Notes: generated by a model from the sequence alone, not told the origin. A stretch of DNA of 64,000 nt from Camelus ferus (GCF_009834535.1 NC_045697.1:68326001-68390000); one strand, 5' to 3'. Shown: positions 1 to 14,200, numbered from the stretch's first letter. Numbers and translations: made by a program.

Positions 1-12
1 CGTAAGCCAATA

Positions 13-522
13 GATTAGTTAGCTATTGTATAACACACATTTCCTAGATTTAGTGAATTAAAAACAATCATTTATTATAATTCATAAGTCTGCAGGTCAT
101 CTGGGCTATTCTGCTAATCTAGATTACTTGGATTGTTTATACATATGAGGTCTGTTGTTGGGTTGGCTGGGGGCTGGCTGGTGTTTGATTGCCTCACTCA
201 CAAGTCTGAAGGTTAGCTGTCAGTAGGGGAAATAGGATAAACTAGACCACATGAGTCTCATCATCCAGCATCTTAGGTGATCTTGTTTACGTAGCCATCT
301 CAAGGTTCCACAAAAGGGAAAGCAAAAACAAACAAGGGTTAGAATTCACCTGAATTCTGTTGTACTCGACTGGTCACCACAAATTACAAGGGCAGCCCAC
401 ATTCAAGGGGTGAGGAATAAATGCTACTGCTTAATGTATGATTTGCAGTGTTACATTGCAAATATGGTATGGCTATAGAGAAAATATTAATTATAACTAT
501 TGTTTGTAAATGATATTCCACA
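13..522 (-). mobile_element. MaLR (MLT1G/H-like) LTR
   Basis: Motifs ATTAGTTAGCTATTG..., GCCTCACTCACAAGTCTG, CAAGGGCAGCCCACATTCAAGGGGTG and the TTCCACA end resemble MLT1 LTRs. Confidence 0.7.
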
Positions 523-830
523 ATCAACTTCCTGGCCACAATTGTTCACATCCATCCCATTTCAAGAGTCTCAGAATTCTGATCCACTTATGTTATTACA
601 CTCAAAGTACACAGTCTCATGATTTATATCAGGTTTTGATATATTATAATTCACATAAAAAGACAAATTGTCTGACCTCATTCATGTAACTTATAAAGGA
701 GGAACAGAGACAGATTAACTATAAAACCCAGTGGTACCCAAGGAGGGAAAGAATGAGAGGTCCATTGTAGTCACTGGTCCATAGTGATTCTGAAATCCTG
801 CTGATTAATATTGTCATGACTCCTAAATGT
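523..830 (-). mobile_element. MLT1 internal (MLT1-int) fragment attached to the LTR
   Basis: Directly follows the LTR; TTCCTGGCCACAATTGTTCACATCCATCCCA and GTCACTGGTCCATAGTGATTCTGAAATCCTGCTG resemble MLT1-int. Confidence 0.6.
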
Positions 831-1434
831 GGGGGAGTTTAAGTATATGAGCTTTTGTGAATGTGCTTCTTTGTATCTGTGTATGTAGCTAATTGTATTT
901 TTTCTAACTTCACAGCTATAGAACTATTACGAAAGTGTACTGTATTATTGTTAGTAATTTAACACAAGACTGGGAGATTTAGGAAGTATGGGTGAACAAA
1001 AACTGCACATAAAATCGCTGTTTATGTTCTCCTTCAGAGGTAACCACAGGTAACACTACATGTTTTTAAGCATTTTGAAACTACATTCAATTTTTATTAA
1101 AAATAAAAAAACAAAATATAATACAGTATATATGGAAAACATAGTATACAGACAATCTAAATAATTTTATGTAAAAATATTTTTCTATTTTAATGTGTAG
1201 TTTGCTCCCATAAAATTATATTATTTGTTAAGGATGATAATATTTATTTAAATAAAATGTGTATTTTATATCAACCAAAATCATTTACCTGTCAACTAAA
1301 TTTTTAATTTTGCATTGAGAGGATTGGTAGCTTTTACACTCTCTTTTGTAGATTATTTAAATATGTGTGGGTTTTTTGTTGTTGTTTTTTGTTTTAGATT
1401 GTCAAAATTTGTGAAACATATTTTGCATTTTCAA

Positions 1435-1890
1435 GAGTAAGCAAAGAGATCAGTCTGGTTGGAGTTGGGTGAAGGAGTAAAGAATGTTGAGGGGAAGTGT
1501 AAAGTTTTAAAAGTAGCCACTGTGAAAATATATAGGACCTTACAGACCATGGCATGGAGTTTAGATCTTATTTTAATATCTGAGTAAACAGTGCAGAGCT
1601 TTGAGGGAGATGTGCATGATCACAGTTACAATTATAAGGAGAAAAAAAAGTGTATGATGGGGAAGGTGCAAGGTCAGTGGGGGAAAGAAACAAGGAGACA
1701 AGCCAGAGGACAACTTAAAAGGTCCATTGGTGAGATGATAGTATCTTGAATTGGTTGGTCACTCTTTAGCATATGAGAAGTAAATGGGCTCTGAATGTAT
1801 TTTCAGTGTAGAGTTAATAAGATTTGCTGATAAATCAGATGGGGATATGAGAGGGGTGGCTGTAAGGCTTATGTGTCGAATTAGTACATG
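1435..1890 (-). mobile_element. L2 LINE fragment
   Basis: Purine-rich L2 antisense motifs (GGTGAGATGATAGTATCTTGAA, AAGATTTGCTGATAAATCAGATGGGG). Confidence 0.7.
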
Positions 1891-2569
1891 AAAAAGTACC
1901 ACTTTTTAAGAAAAGTTAGTGTAATAATTTGAGGGGTTGGTTGTTATTATTATTGTTGGTGTTGGTGCTGTTGTTTTAAATTATTTTGTGGTTTCTTGAT
2001 ACATGTCTCTGTCCTTCAGATTCAGTTCCAATGTTTATCTAATGTGGTTTATATGCTTCAAGGTTTTGATTGTTATAGGTTGATTTTTTTCAAGTAGCTG
2101 TTGTGGTTTTCCTTCACTCCTACACATGTAAATTTCCCTCATTCCTACTTATGTAAGTCTATTTTTAGCCATGTTTCTCTCATAAATAGGAATGTTGCCT
2201 GGTATTTCTGTGTCAGTTGTCATGGCTTGACGATTAATAGAATTTGATTAAGAAGTGAGTGATTTGGAAAGTGATGAATGGATATGACTTTGCTCTGGAA
2301 TGCCAGAACCCTAAATCTTCTCCAGCTAGTTTTTTTTTTTTTTCTTATTTACTGTTCCTTTTGCTGTTTTTCTACTGTATGATTGCTTGGTTTGCTTTTA
2401 CCTGAGATTAAAAGCCAAATTCATAAGGCTGGGGTGAAGTACAGAATGGGTTAGAAGGTACCAAATTGTACAGATATACATCTAAGACAATTTCAGTTAA
2501 TTACTTTCTTTAGCCTTACTTTTCATTACTTTCCTCTGTACCTTTTAATCTAAAGCTGGAGCATATCTT

Positions 2570-3095
2570 TCTCTCTAAAAAATTGATTATTGCTTGAATT
2601 GAATCCTATTTTGTAAAAGTTATTTTTATCTTTGTTTATTTAACCAAACTTCTCAAGTTTACCATTGCATTTCTCATGACATTCTTTATATTTTAATATC
2701 TTCTGTGTTTATATAATATTTTTCATTCCAAAAGTTATATTTTTATTTGCACCTACTTTTTCTCTTAGTTACCCTTGCAAATTTATCAATTTTATTCATT
2801 AAAAAAACCACAACTATTGGATTCTTTAATACATTCTGTTGCATGCATATTTTCTGTTTTAGTGGCATCTTCTCTATATTTCCTTTTTTCTTTACATTTA
2901 TTTTGTTGCTCTTTTCTCACTTATTAAATTGTCTGCTTAATTTAAGTAATTTTTAGTTTTTTTCCCTAATAAAAGTATTTAGAACTATTACAGAATTCCC
3001 TATAAACAGAACTTTAACAGCATTCCACGAATTTTGTTCTAAATATTTCCTAAGTTTTATCATAATTTATTCTTTAACGGTAAATTATTTAAATA
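2570..3095 (-). mobile_element. Ancient L1M ORF2 fragment
   Basis: Decayed T-rich antisense ORF2 (TTTATCAATTTTATTCATT..AAAAAACCACAACT; TTTAACAGCATTCCACGAATTTTG). Confidence 0.55.
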
Positions 3096-3109
3096 TTTTC
3101 TTCCTTTTC

Positions 3110-3700
3110 AAAATTTATCAAAATATAACATCCGTTTTAAAATGTACATAAACATATAGCCCAATAAACATACACAAATTGAATATACCAATATAAGTAG
3201 CATCCAGTTTAAAAAACAGAGCCTTACCAGCAGCCTAGAAGATCCTCTATTTTCTGATACTGCTTCACTCAGTGGTTAACAAAACCTTACTGCTAGAATT
3301 ATAGGTTAATTTTCTCTGTGATGAAACTTAATGTATAAGGATTACCACGACTGCCCCCCCTCCCTGCTTTTTACTTGCTTTTTCCCTTTAACTTTGTGTT
3401 TCTGAAATTCACCCATATTACTATGCATAGTTGTAATTGATTCATTTTTATTCTGTATATTTTATTGTATGATATAATTATCCATTACAATATTCATGAA
3501 CATTATGGTAGTTTTCAGTGTTTAGTTATTATAAATAATCTTTTTCTGAACAATTCAGGTACATGTTGTTTGGTGAACATATGTACACATTTATTTTGAA
3601 TTGTTAAATCACATGGTATATGTGTATGTTCAAACATATTTACAAACAGATTTCCAAATGCTGGTACCAATTCACAATGTAACTGGCTGTATATTAGAGT
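3110..3700 (-). mobile_element. Ancient L1 (L1MD/ME-like) 3' end
   Basis: Typical old L1 3'UTR antisense running into the ORF2 C-terminus (TTTCCAAATGCTGGTACCAATTCACA). Confidence 0.65.
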
Positions 3701-3920
3701 TATATACAGAGTATGGAAACAGATCCATTCACAAAGTCTTGATTTTTGACAGATGTGAATCAGAAGTGCAATATAGAAAGGATGGTCTTTTCAATAAATG
3801 ATGCTGGATCAATTGAATATTTGTAAAAAAAAAATATTTTTTAGTGCCTCTACCCCCCAGTCTTACACCTTTCCTAAAAATCAGTTCCATATGGATTGCA
3901 AATCTAAATGTCAAAGGTTT
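3701..3920 (+). mobile_element. L1 ORF2 fragment, inverted relative to its neighbour
   Basis: Encodes decayed LIFDR..VQYRKDGLFNK*CW and ends in a WIANLNVK-like ORF2 segment. Confidence 0.7.
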
Positions 3921-5199
3921 CCACACATATACCCACATGCACAAATTATGTATTTTCCTTGTTTTCATACTGTTGACAATGAGATAGAGAATTATTGCCT
4001 TTTAAACATGGCAAGAATTTCACAAGTATATACAGTGATTGGCATAAGCGTCTGGTAGGCATAGTACACTTCTTGGTTCATTTTTCTGCATTCCAACCTT
4101 TGGTGAATCCTATTTGCAACAGTCTGTCCAATAAACCCAGTTCCTTTTTATACTTGTTCTCCTGAATATGGGAAGCTCTTCTTGATCTTCCCTGTATTCT
4201 TCAAGCCCAGTATGGCCTATCTATCAACCAGAACCATTCCATAACTAATTATGGATCCTTTCTCCTAAATGCAACTAGACATGCTTACCAAACAATGCAG
4301 GTCTTGCACATCTTTGGAGGGCATGGGCTTCCAAAGTAGTTGAAGGTTGAGTAAATCAAAATCCTCATTCATGGTACAAGATCACCTCTTTTCTTTAGAA
4401 AACTTCGTTCCTGTCCAATTTATTTATTTTTACTCTTTTTAAGCCCAGTTACCACTTCCTTTCTCTGCCAAATAGCCATTCTAATGCATTTGATATCTAT
4501 CCTTTTGATTATATGTTTTTGAAAATTGCATATTGTTTTGTGTGCATGTGGATTTTTCTTTTCTTAATTGCTTGTGATATAAAACACATCATTACCTTTT
4601 TTCATTCAGTGTTATCTTTAAAAGTCTATCCTCATTGTTAAGTGTGCAAGTAGCCCATTGTTTCTAATTGCTGTTGCTGTGTGTTCTTCATGCTCCAAGG
4701 TGTGTGTATACAGATAAATATATAGATATATAAATACATGTGAATGGAATATGGTATATACTTGGTATTAATGCTATTCACACACACAAAATGTACAAAT
4801 ATATTTTATGTATTTTAAATATTTTAATATATACTTTATTTATTTATAGTTTTTACTCCTTCATTTCCCTTTCTACATTTGCTTTAAATGCCATATTTAA
4901 TTGGCACCTCTATAAAATTTCGCCTACCCCACAGACAGAATTAATGATTCCCTCCTTTGTGCTATATTAAAACTTTGTACATTTAAGCTTAGAGTCATTA
5001 TTTGTCTAGTTCTGTCAAACTTATATATGTGATTGGAAAAAATAAACCATCATCCTCCCATATCATCATAAAATGCAAATTCAGGAACCTTTGTGTACTG
5101 CTAGGATCTAAGTAACTCTTATCAGCAAGTAGTAACTTCAAAGTACATGCTGGATTTTTATAACTAAAGAGCCACTTAAAATTAAAATGTCAAGTTATC

Positions 5200-5514
5200 A
5201 GATTGGGGATTTGGAGAATGGGGAGATATTGCTCAAGGGGTACAAACTACCAATTATAAGGTTAATAAGTTTGGGGATCTAATGTGCAGCATGGTGATTA
5301 TAAACGATAATACCGTTTCATATTCTTGAATTGCTTAGAGTGTAGATCTCAAATGTTCTACCCATAAGAAAAAATGGTAGCTATGTGATGAGATGGAAGT
5401 AGTAGCTAATACTATGGTAGTAATCATTTTGCAATTCATAAATATATCAAATCAACACATTGTACACCTTAAATTTACAATGTTATGTGTCAGTTATTTC
5501 TCAATAAAGCAGGA
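5200..5514 (+). mobile_element. L1MA9-like 3' end
   Basis: GGGTACAAACT..GGGGATCTAATGTGCAGCATGGTGA..CTCAATAAAGCAGG; degenerate TSD AAAATGTCAAGTTATC (5184-5199) vs AAAATGCTCAGCTATC (5515-5530). Confidence 0.8.
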
Positions 5515-6919
5515 AAAATGCTCAGCTATCTTATTCTAAATGTATCTAAGGAAACATAAAATGAGAGTGTATGGAGGTTGGAGACAGAAGACGATGGAAT
5601 CAAAGAAAAAAAAATAACAGGACTCCACTACACAAAAGTATTTCTAGGTTGTATTCGGTACTTTCTGCATCTGAGTAAACCTTCAAGTCAACTTTTCTCC
5701 TTGTGTTGACTCTGCATTCCTGGCTGGTTTGACTTAAGAGCATTTTCTCATCAATTTGTGCTGTGATCATTGGCACTGGAAAAAAGATTGCTGGAGATCT
5801 GAGTTCTGGCAATTAAATACTTCTACTTGGGAAAGACACACTATATCTGCCCTTCCTTTATTGCCTAAAACAAATTACTCGTTCTTGGCTACTTTCAGGA
5901 GGGACCAGGAAGTACAGTCTTTTTGTGTGCCCCAAAATAAAGGGGTAGTTATTTTCCCACCAGTGGAGAGTAGTGTGTTTGTATTTAGAGAAACAGAAAA
6001 AGAGGGAGAGACAGAAAGAGACCCAACGTCTGTGATAAAAATACAGAAACACAGGAGTTACATTTGACATTCACTCAAAATATGTCAAAGAGGGTCTGTT
6101 TGAAGTACCAAAGTCCTCTTTGCTTATAGTTGTCTATTTACCTATGTATATACCTTGCTATCTGTGGTATCTTAGTATTAAGGAACTTTATTATTTTTGT
6201 TTCCTCAGTGCCTAACTCATTCTTGCCAGGTCTTCTTTTTTTTTTTTCCAAAATTCATTGAGGCTTGGGCTTCTTAACACTTGAAATCAACATTAAAGAA
6301 AGAGCATCAGGAGAGGATTTTAAAAGTAGGTTATTGGCCTGGATAAGACTCGTCATTCTTTTGAGCTAATTTCAGTCTTTTATAAAGATAAATAAGAGCC
6401 CTTTTACAGATTTCCACATTATGATATTATAGTCTTATACCTGAATTCCTTAATATTTAAACTCAAACTTGGTTTACTGCAGATCAGAGGAAGTGGGATA
6501 CTTTTATCTACTCTGTTATGCAAAGGTGTTTCTGGTGATGTTTGTGGAAAACCTGGCTGTCACATTCAGGAGTCAAACGGACAAGCAAAATTAAAGAAGT
6601 GAGATTCTATATTTCTCATAAATTAAAAGGCATTTTTACTGAAAGTTGGTTTTTGTACCCTTTATGTAATATAAACCCTAATACAGAACTCTCCAAATTT
6701 ATATAAAGTCATAGTACACACAGTAAATAGTAATTGGCACAATGAGGTAAGTAAGCAAAGTTATTTATATCTAGTAGTAACAAACTTGGGTGCTCTAGCC
6801 ATCCTAGACCTGGCAGGCAGCATTGAGGGGGTGTCTATGATTCAGGTTAAGAAGTTCTGTCTTAAAAAATCAAGTCTTGAACAAGCTAAAGACTAGTAAG
6901 TTTGCCTGCTCTATAGTTT

Positions 6920-7030
6920 AGTCAGTCATTGGAAGGTATTCATTGAGCATCCTTTGTGTATCCAGCACCATGATAGCTGCTGGATGCATACAATGGAGAC
7001 TAAAACTATAGATGTAGTGCTTGTCTGTCA
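6920..7030 (-). mobile_element. L2 3' end
   Basis: CAGTCATT..TATTCATTGAGCATCCTTTGTGTATCCAGCACCATG. Confidence 0.55.
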
Positions 7031-7369
7031 GACACTTAATTCTTAATCCACGAATGGTCTCACATATCCCATATTTTTCCCATTTTATTTTGATCTTTAA
7101 AATAAGTGCATGTTGTATTTATTTTGGGGTGATAATACAGCTGAAAATATACAAATTAAGTTGTAAGGATGCAGTTCTATCCCATCTTTCAGTTGGTAAC
7201 TTTGTTGTGTTGCAATAAAAACCCTGGAATGACCAGCCTTCCCACAACCCTTTCTTAGAGGATAGAAGGACGTTCTGATCCATAGCCATTATAAGTAACT
7301 GAAATACACAACTACAGCTTATAAAAACAACAAGATATAGTGAAACATTCTCAACATTAATGTGTATAA

Positions 7370-7530
7370 GCATCACTTCAGGAGTTTGTAAAAATGCAAA
7401 TCTTCAGTCTTTATTCCAGATATTCCTTTCAATAGGGCAGCTATTGAAACCTCAAAATAATATTTTTAATGAGACCTCCAAGTAGTTATAATAGAAGAGA
7501 TCCTGGTACCCAAACTTGTAGAACACTGGT
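7370..7530. mobile_element. MER5-like hAT-Charlie MITE
   Basis: ATCACTTCAGGAGTTTGTAAAAATGCAAAT...AACTTGTAGAACACTGG. Confidence 0.55.
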
Positions 7531-7534
7531 GTTT

Positions 7535-8310
7535 ATAGAAAGAGAATTGGTTTAAGTGTCAGGCAGACTTGGATTTGAATTCAGCCTCTATCTCAAATAC
7601 TATCTATTATATATTGCTGTATAACAAATAACTAAAACTAACCAACTTAAAAGAAATGCACATTTACTATTTCACAGATTCTGTGGGTAAGGAGCTGGGA
7701 ACTTCTTACCTGGGTTCTCTATTTATGGTTTCGCAAGGCTAGAATCAAGGTTTTACCAGAGCGGAGTTCTCATCTAGAAATTCAACTGGGGAACGATCCA
7801 CTTCCCAAATCCCTCAATTTGTTGACAGAAATCATTTCCTTGTGGTTGTAGGACTGAGAACTTCAATTTTCTGCTAACAGTCAAGAGACCACTCCTAGAA
7901 GTTGCCCCCAGTTCCTAGAGTCTGCCCAGAGTTCCTTGACATCTGGGCTTCTCCAACATAGCTGCCTACTATAGCAAGGAGATAAGGTGAGTCTCTGGCA
8001 GAAATCCACTAGCAAGATCCACAGAATGTAACATAAGCACAGAAATGATATCTCACCACGTCTGCCATATTCTTTTGTATAAAACCCCAGGCTCTGCTCA
8101 CTCTTAAGGTGAAGAGATTATATAAGGGTGTGAACACCAGGAGGCATTGATCATGGGAAGCCACCTGGGAATCTGTCAGTCACAGTGTGACCCTAGGCAA
8201 ATTGTTTACCACTACAAATTCTTAACCTCATTATCTAAAAATGCAGTTATTAACACGTGCTTTAAAAGGTAACTTGTGAAGGTTCTGGCATGTAGCTGTT
8301 TTTATTAGTA
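7535..8310 (+). mobile_element. MIR SINE split by an MLT1 LTR
   Basis: MIR left part (GTCAGGCAGACTTGGATTTGAATTCAGCCTC) resumes at 8185 (GTGTGACCCTAGGCAAATTG). Confidence 0.65.
7600..8184 (-). mobile_element. MLT1D/E-like solo LTR
   Basis: ATTGCTGTATAACAAATAAC.., CACAGATTCTGTGGGTAAGGA, end AAGGGTGTGAACACCAGGAGG..CAGTCACA. Confidence 0.75.
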
Positions 8311-11300
8311 GCACTAACAAGGAAGAACCCCCAAAGAAAAAGAACCACAAGGCTTTAATGCTGTATTTACAAAGTTCTTTCTAATTCTGTGGTTTAATGT
8401 CCAAAAATTTTATTTACTGTTTTAATGAATGTGGTATGTCTCCAGAGCCTAACATAGCGTCTGCCTCATGGTAGATCATCAGTAAGTGTTTTTTCAATTG
8501 ATAGTAATTCTAGTAAATGTCCCTTTCTTTTGTTTCTTTAAATATGACTTTATTTTAAGATGTCCTTTCCAAAGATGGGTAAGAGGAGGACCTCTCATAG
8601 CCATTTTTATCGAAGAATAATTTCAACCTGGGGGGTGAAAACTATGAATGCATCCAGTGGAAATGAAAGTAAAAACTCCCAGAGTGTTTCTACTGGGGAA
8701 AGAGCACACAAGATGTTCTGTGCACAAGAGCAGCAGCTGCTTCAGGTTTGGGTTCATAACATGACTATCTTGACAGCTTCCCACTGCAGAGTGCAAGCAG
8801 TTAGCAGTGCTATTAGCATTTCTCTTTCTGCTCATATTCAGAGACTTAGTATTTTCCCCTACTGGCTGTTTCCCTCAGCCCTCTTACCCTACTTTTCTAA
8901 CATATCAAAAAAAATACAGATATTCAAAGATAATTGAATGGTGATCTCAGAAACATAGTTAAGTGGGGAAACAAGAAAAATTGCTACAAATAATCACCTT
9001 ACTTCTGTTGTATGTGCATCCTATTTCCTTAGTTATTCTTTTTTTTTTTTTTCTGTTAGAGTATTTTTTAAAGAAAATTTGGTAGGTAGAGATGGGAATT
9101 AGAATGTTTAATGAAAAAAATATTCTTCTATTCTTATCCTATCAGTGTATACAGGTCACATCACATAAGTCTTCAGAAAAATAAAAGAGAAAAATTAATA
9201 AGATATTTACTTTGCAAGCAGATAAACCCATAAGCCCTAAAAATATTTTTTTCTTAATGTGTCATTATTTAAGTTAATCTATTCAGTCTCTGACCCCTGT
9301 GTATGTACTGTGTAAATCCTTTCTCTTTGTTCTGTGATAAGCTCATTATATTTATATACAGTTGTTCTCCCCAGTAATCATCAATTTGTTGTGTTTAAAT
9401 AATTGTCTCTGTCTGGCATATTTTTTCATCATACAGTGTATTACAATTTTGGAAATATTTTTGCCAAAAGCCAAGAGTTGTTTTTTTCTTTAATCACACA
9501 TTTCCAAATTATCCAGCACTTCAATAGATTTTGGAAATTGGTCCTGCTAAGGAAAAACATAGTAAATTCTGTTTAATAAGTATCTTCTGAAAATGGCATA
9601 CAAGATAAGTAGGTAGGTAGACAGGCAGGCAAATAATATGCTATGAAAAAAATGCAAAATGGAAGAATCAAATGTTGAATCTGAACTGGATACAAAAGAT
9701 CATTAGCTCAAACTCTAAGGTATTAACTGTTTGTGTCAGAGCATAAAGCTGGTTCATGTAAAAGTTGGAAGTGGAATATCTAGCCTTGCTGCTCCTGGTC
9801 TAGTATTCCTTCTACTGAGCCATGCTGATTCCATATATATTTGAAAAATGGAGCTCAGAGAAGTGGGTAATAAAAATTCATAACCTTTTCCCATATTATA
9901 CATACTCTCATTTTTATGCTTAGCAATCAGGATTTTTCATGCTTTTCTAAATGCTCTTATAAAGTCCTCAGAATAACCCAAGCAGCTGCCAAAAGGTGGA
10001 TTGCATAGCTACAAACATCTATGCATTCACACCTCACAGTCTGGGGAAAATAACCAGGAAATTATTTAAAAGTAAATACAAAGCTCTTGGGGATTAACTG
10101 AGATAATTTGTCTGAATTTATGAAAGAAGTAACACTATTACTGCTGCCTAGCTTTTTATTTCTTTTAGTTACAGATATAAATGGCTTCAAAACAGTGCAG
10201 TTTTCTAAAGGTAAAAAAAATTAATGTAGCTTTTTAGAGTTTCTAATCTTTTGATTTATTGGAAAAGATAGTCATATTAAATGCGTTCTCTCAATATATA
10301 TTCTGATGTGTGTTTTACATGCATTTTCTATGTGTCTTAGTAGAACATTCTGCTTGAAAATCTGATTTCACCTAATGAAAATGAACCACGTTACATTCAT
10401 TGTAGAATATAAAAGAAGGATCTCTCAGGAATCAGGACAAGTAATTTATCAGTTTCATCCTTAAAGTAAACCATGAAGACCTATGGGTCAGATTTGGGGC
10501 CAGTCATGTACATTAGCACATTCAGTTTAAAAGACTTGGCTTTCAGGGGTCATTAGGAAACTGTTCCAGGAGGTTTTTGGTACATAAACTCTTAAAAATT
10601 TAATTATAGGCATGAATAAGGCAGTAATAGTTTCAAAATTCATACTGTTTATTTAGCTAGCCAACCCTGTGGTAATGTATTTTTCATTCATTCATTTTCA
10701 GGATGAGATGAGCATAGTTAGCTATGCATCTGATATATGGCTTCTAATATAATGCCAGTTGGTTTAGACTTTATTGGTTAGATCCTCAATTAAGTCTGTC
10801 ATATATTGAAACAGATACACAGTAGGCTTGGCTTTAGGAAATTTCAAACTCCAGCTCTTTTGGGAAATGTTATCTATAAAAAGTCAATTGCACCAGGATT
10901 TGCTGAGTGGTGGTCCCTGTTGGCGGAGATGAAGTACTCTGCATTCCATTGTGTGCTGTCCTGCAGTGCTGTGGGCTAGGATGTAATAGGTAGTCTACAT
11001 CCTCTGGGGAGCCTTCAAAAGCTGACAGTCCATCTCCTGTTGCTCCCTCTGTGGGTTGTAAATGAAAAGATAATTTGCAAGGTGATGACTTTTTTTAAAA
11101 TGTTAAGTGTATAGCAGTGCGGACTGCAGGATTAACATCAGTCAAATTAAGATATCATAGACAAGATTTAACATCCTTTAATCTGATATTCTGTGCACTG
11201 GTAAGAAGTATTTTCTATACACAGGAAGCCCCCTATGAATTGTGTATTACATGGCAGATGTTAAATGAGATGTTAAAAAATAATAAAAAATAATAAATGG

Positions 11301-11737
11301 GAAAAAATAATTCTAGCTTTGAGTACTGTAATTGTCCCAGGCTCCTTTTACCAGAATAAAGTCAATCAGGTATTTCTATTCTTAGCCATTTCTAATCACA
11401 TTTATATAATTTACACAAAGAAAATATGATATTATAAATATTTTGGGAAGGACTTTACCATTCACTAGGTGTTTGAAAGTGAGATTATAGATTACACATC
11501 CTTTGATCAGTTTTTTAAGCATTTCAGTTCACACAATGAAGCGTGTATTTTAAGTAATATTAATTGCTTGTCATATTCTTTTTCAGTAGTATGTTAGTTT
11601 AGTAGTCAGACAGTGATAAAAAGAATTTGATTTACTAATATTACATAAATTGCTCCACAGAAATGCTTATCCTTTATAGGGTATGTAGTCTATATATAGC
11701 ATATGTGGCCTTGCAGTTAAATGCGATAAATTTGCAA

Positions 11738-11960
11738 GGGAGGCCGTAGTATACAGTATTTAGTAAAAGCTTTAGATGAAACAGACCTGAGTGTAAAGCC
11801 TGGATCTGTGTGACCTTGGGCAGAATCCTTAACTACCTTAAGTCTCAATATTGTCAACAATAAAAGGGATAATAATGGTACTTAAACTCAGGGGTGAATA
11901 GGGATTCAAAAGAAGTATTATCTCCACTGGTTAACTCAATAACTGATAGCTGATCATTAT
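11738..11960 (+). mobile_element. MIR SINE
   Basis: CAGACCTGAGT..TGTGTGACCTTGGGCAG..AAAGGGATAATAATGGTAC core. Confidence 0.7.
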
Positions 11961-12059
11961 GTTATTTGTAACAGTATTGGTATCATTATCAGTAGTAGTG
12001 ACAAAAGTAGTAGTACTAAGCAGTAATTAAGTTAGAAGTTTAGAGGACTATCTACCAAG

Positions 12060-13600
12060 TTCTCCAAGAAAAGTTGAGAAAGATTTCCCAGGAAAAATAT
12101 GATTTAGATTGTCAAGGAGAAAGAGAAGTTTTCTAGTTTAGGGCATACTGAAAGAACATTATAGGCAGAGAAAAAGCTGAACTATGTATAATTGTATGCA
12201 GTTGCATATATAAATAATAATGAGAAGTGCAATATAGGTAAAGTAGGAGATGGAGATGCAAAGTGGTAAGTTATGTGATGATTTGGAACACTTATCCTTG
12301 CTAAGCTAAGAAGCTAGAAGTTACTCTGTAGATAACTGGGAACCAATAGAGATTTTAAGCAGCAGTATGATACAATCAAATCTATATTCTTCTAGCATTG
12401 TCTAAGGGGATTGGAAATGGATCACTAGCCCCACAAGTTTCTTTGCAACCCTCTATGCTAAAATTCAGTTTAGTTCAGCTCAACAATTATATTTTGAGCA
12501 AAGAAAGGTACTAGACACCTTAGGATTCTGTGGATATGAGAGCAAGAAACTGAGATATTTTGTGCTGATAGACTCAATTATTTTATGGAAATAGGGAGCA
12601 ATACATCATCCACTGAGAAATGGTGAGGACTGGGAATATTTAAGGTGAAGGGTAAAAGTTTTCTTCTTGTTTTCTTTTCTTTTAATAGACATTGAAATTG
12701 GAAAGGGACAAGTAAAATTAAAGTTTTCTCATTGCAGACTGACTTAGATTGGAGATCATTGTTGTGTGGCCCTCTACTCTGCAGGAGCACCAGTGTATGG
12801 TAGAATAGGGGGTGGGTGACTGATCCAGCTTGGGGTGTGTCTGAACCTGGACAAAAGTATGACAGTAAAGTAAGGGAATGAAGGATCTGGGGCAAATGTA
12901 TTGAGGATGATCAAATTACAGTAAAGACAGAATAATCCAGAAGCAGCACCAGAAAGAAAATGAAAGATCTAACATTGGATATGGCTTAGGGTTCAATGAG
13001 CAGGTTTAATAGGAATGAGAAAATGGAACATAAAAGACTGAGTTTAGTGAGCAGGGTACTGGACTATGAGAGGTCTGTTCTATAAGGTGTGGTAGGCATA
13101 ATAGTGGCCCCTACAGATGTCCATATCATGACCCCCAAAATGTGGCTATGGAAGTGCTCAAGCAAGAGGAGTCACTAGATAAAGAGAGGAAGGAAGACTG
13201 TTTCAGCAAGAGGACAGTATGTGCAAAGTCCCTGTGGCAAAACAGAGCTTGAACATTACTAACGGTTGAAAGATGAGGACAGTAGGAACAGAGTAAGCTG
13301 TAAAGACTGTGGGGGATTAGCTGTGGAGGGCTCAAGAAGACATGTTGAAGACTTCTTATATTTTTCCCAAGAAAAATGGGAAGTCATAACTGAGTTTTAA
13401 GGAAGAAAGTGCCATGATTGGTTTGGAGTTTCAGAAACACCATTTTACTTGCAGTTTGGAGGTTAACTTTGAGAGAGACCAGAATGAATATAGTAGGTCA
13501 GCTACAAGGTAGTTGTAGTGATCTGCTGAGTGAAAATAGCAATTTGAGTTAAATGGTAAACTGTGGAAATGGGGAAGGATTGTCAACATATTGCACACAA
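12060..13600 (-). mobile_element. Cluster of L2 fragments, with a short MLT1 LTR piece at ~13088-13150
   Basis: GGGAACCAATAGAGATTTTAAGCAG; CAGTATGTGCAAAGTCCCTGTGGCA; TGTGGTAGGCATAATAGTGGCCCC is an MLT1 start. Confidence 0.6.
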
Positions 13601-14089
13601 TTTCAGAAAGACCAAACGTGATATTAATATGTCATATATGAATGACATTTTATGCAGACATAAGAACATTTATATGCCTACTTTTCAAGTCAAGTCCATT
13701 CAAAACAGAATAAAAATCAACATGCAAGCTTGATATGAAGGTAGGTGGTTGACACAGAGAGAAGAGAGTGACAAGAGGGAATTTTGGTGCCAGGAGAGGC
13801 CATTCATCGCTGTTAGCTTTAACTGTTTTGTCTTAAACATTTGTGTAAGTTTTTAATTCCATACCGTAATACTGGTATTGGTTTTACTATGAAATCATTT
13901 CATTTTTTTCTCCTCAAATTTTCAGTGAAATTCTTTCTGTTGGAAGATACACCATCTTTATTCTAAGAATTCTGCACTTGCTGATTACCACTTTTCCTCC
14001 TGGGCATCCATGTTCTCCTTTTTGAGAAGTCAAATCTGACCTTATGCCATTTGACCCTCACAGCCATTCAGTGAAAGAGCCATACCAGG

Positions 14090-14200
14090 AAGAGCCATTA
14101 CCATTTTAGAGATGAGAAAGCTGAGGCCTGGAGTGACCATGAGACACCTCCCCCCTCCAAGGTAGATTGCTAGAAATGAGCAGAGGTAGAATTCTGTAAC
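14090..14200 (-). mobile_element. MIR fragment
   Basis: CCATTTTAGAGATGAGAAAGCTGAGGC core. Confidence 0.6.

Noticed and set aside
5600..6070. Overlapping 70-103 aa ORFs in unique DNA
   Set aside because: No convincing donor/acceptor pair or known motif
8560..8937. 125-aa ORF with an ATG start
   Set aside because: No recognisable homology, weak start context and no splice structure
10909..10927. CTCF-like motif (GCCAACAGGGACCAC on the minus strand)
   Set aside because: Several core mismatches; cannot be supported without a PWM scan
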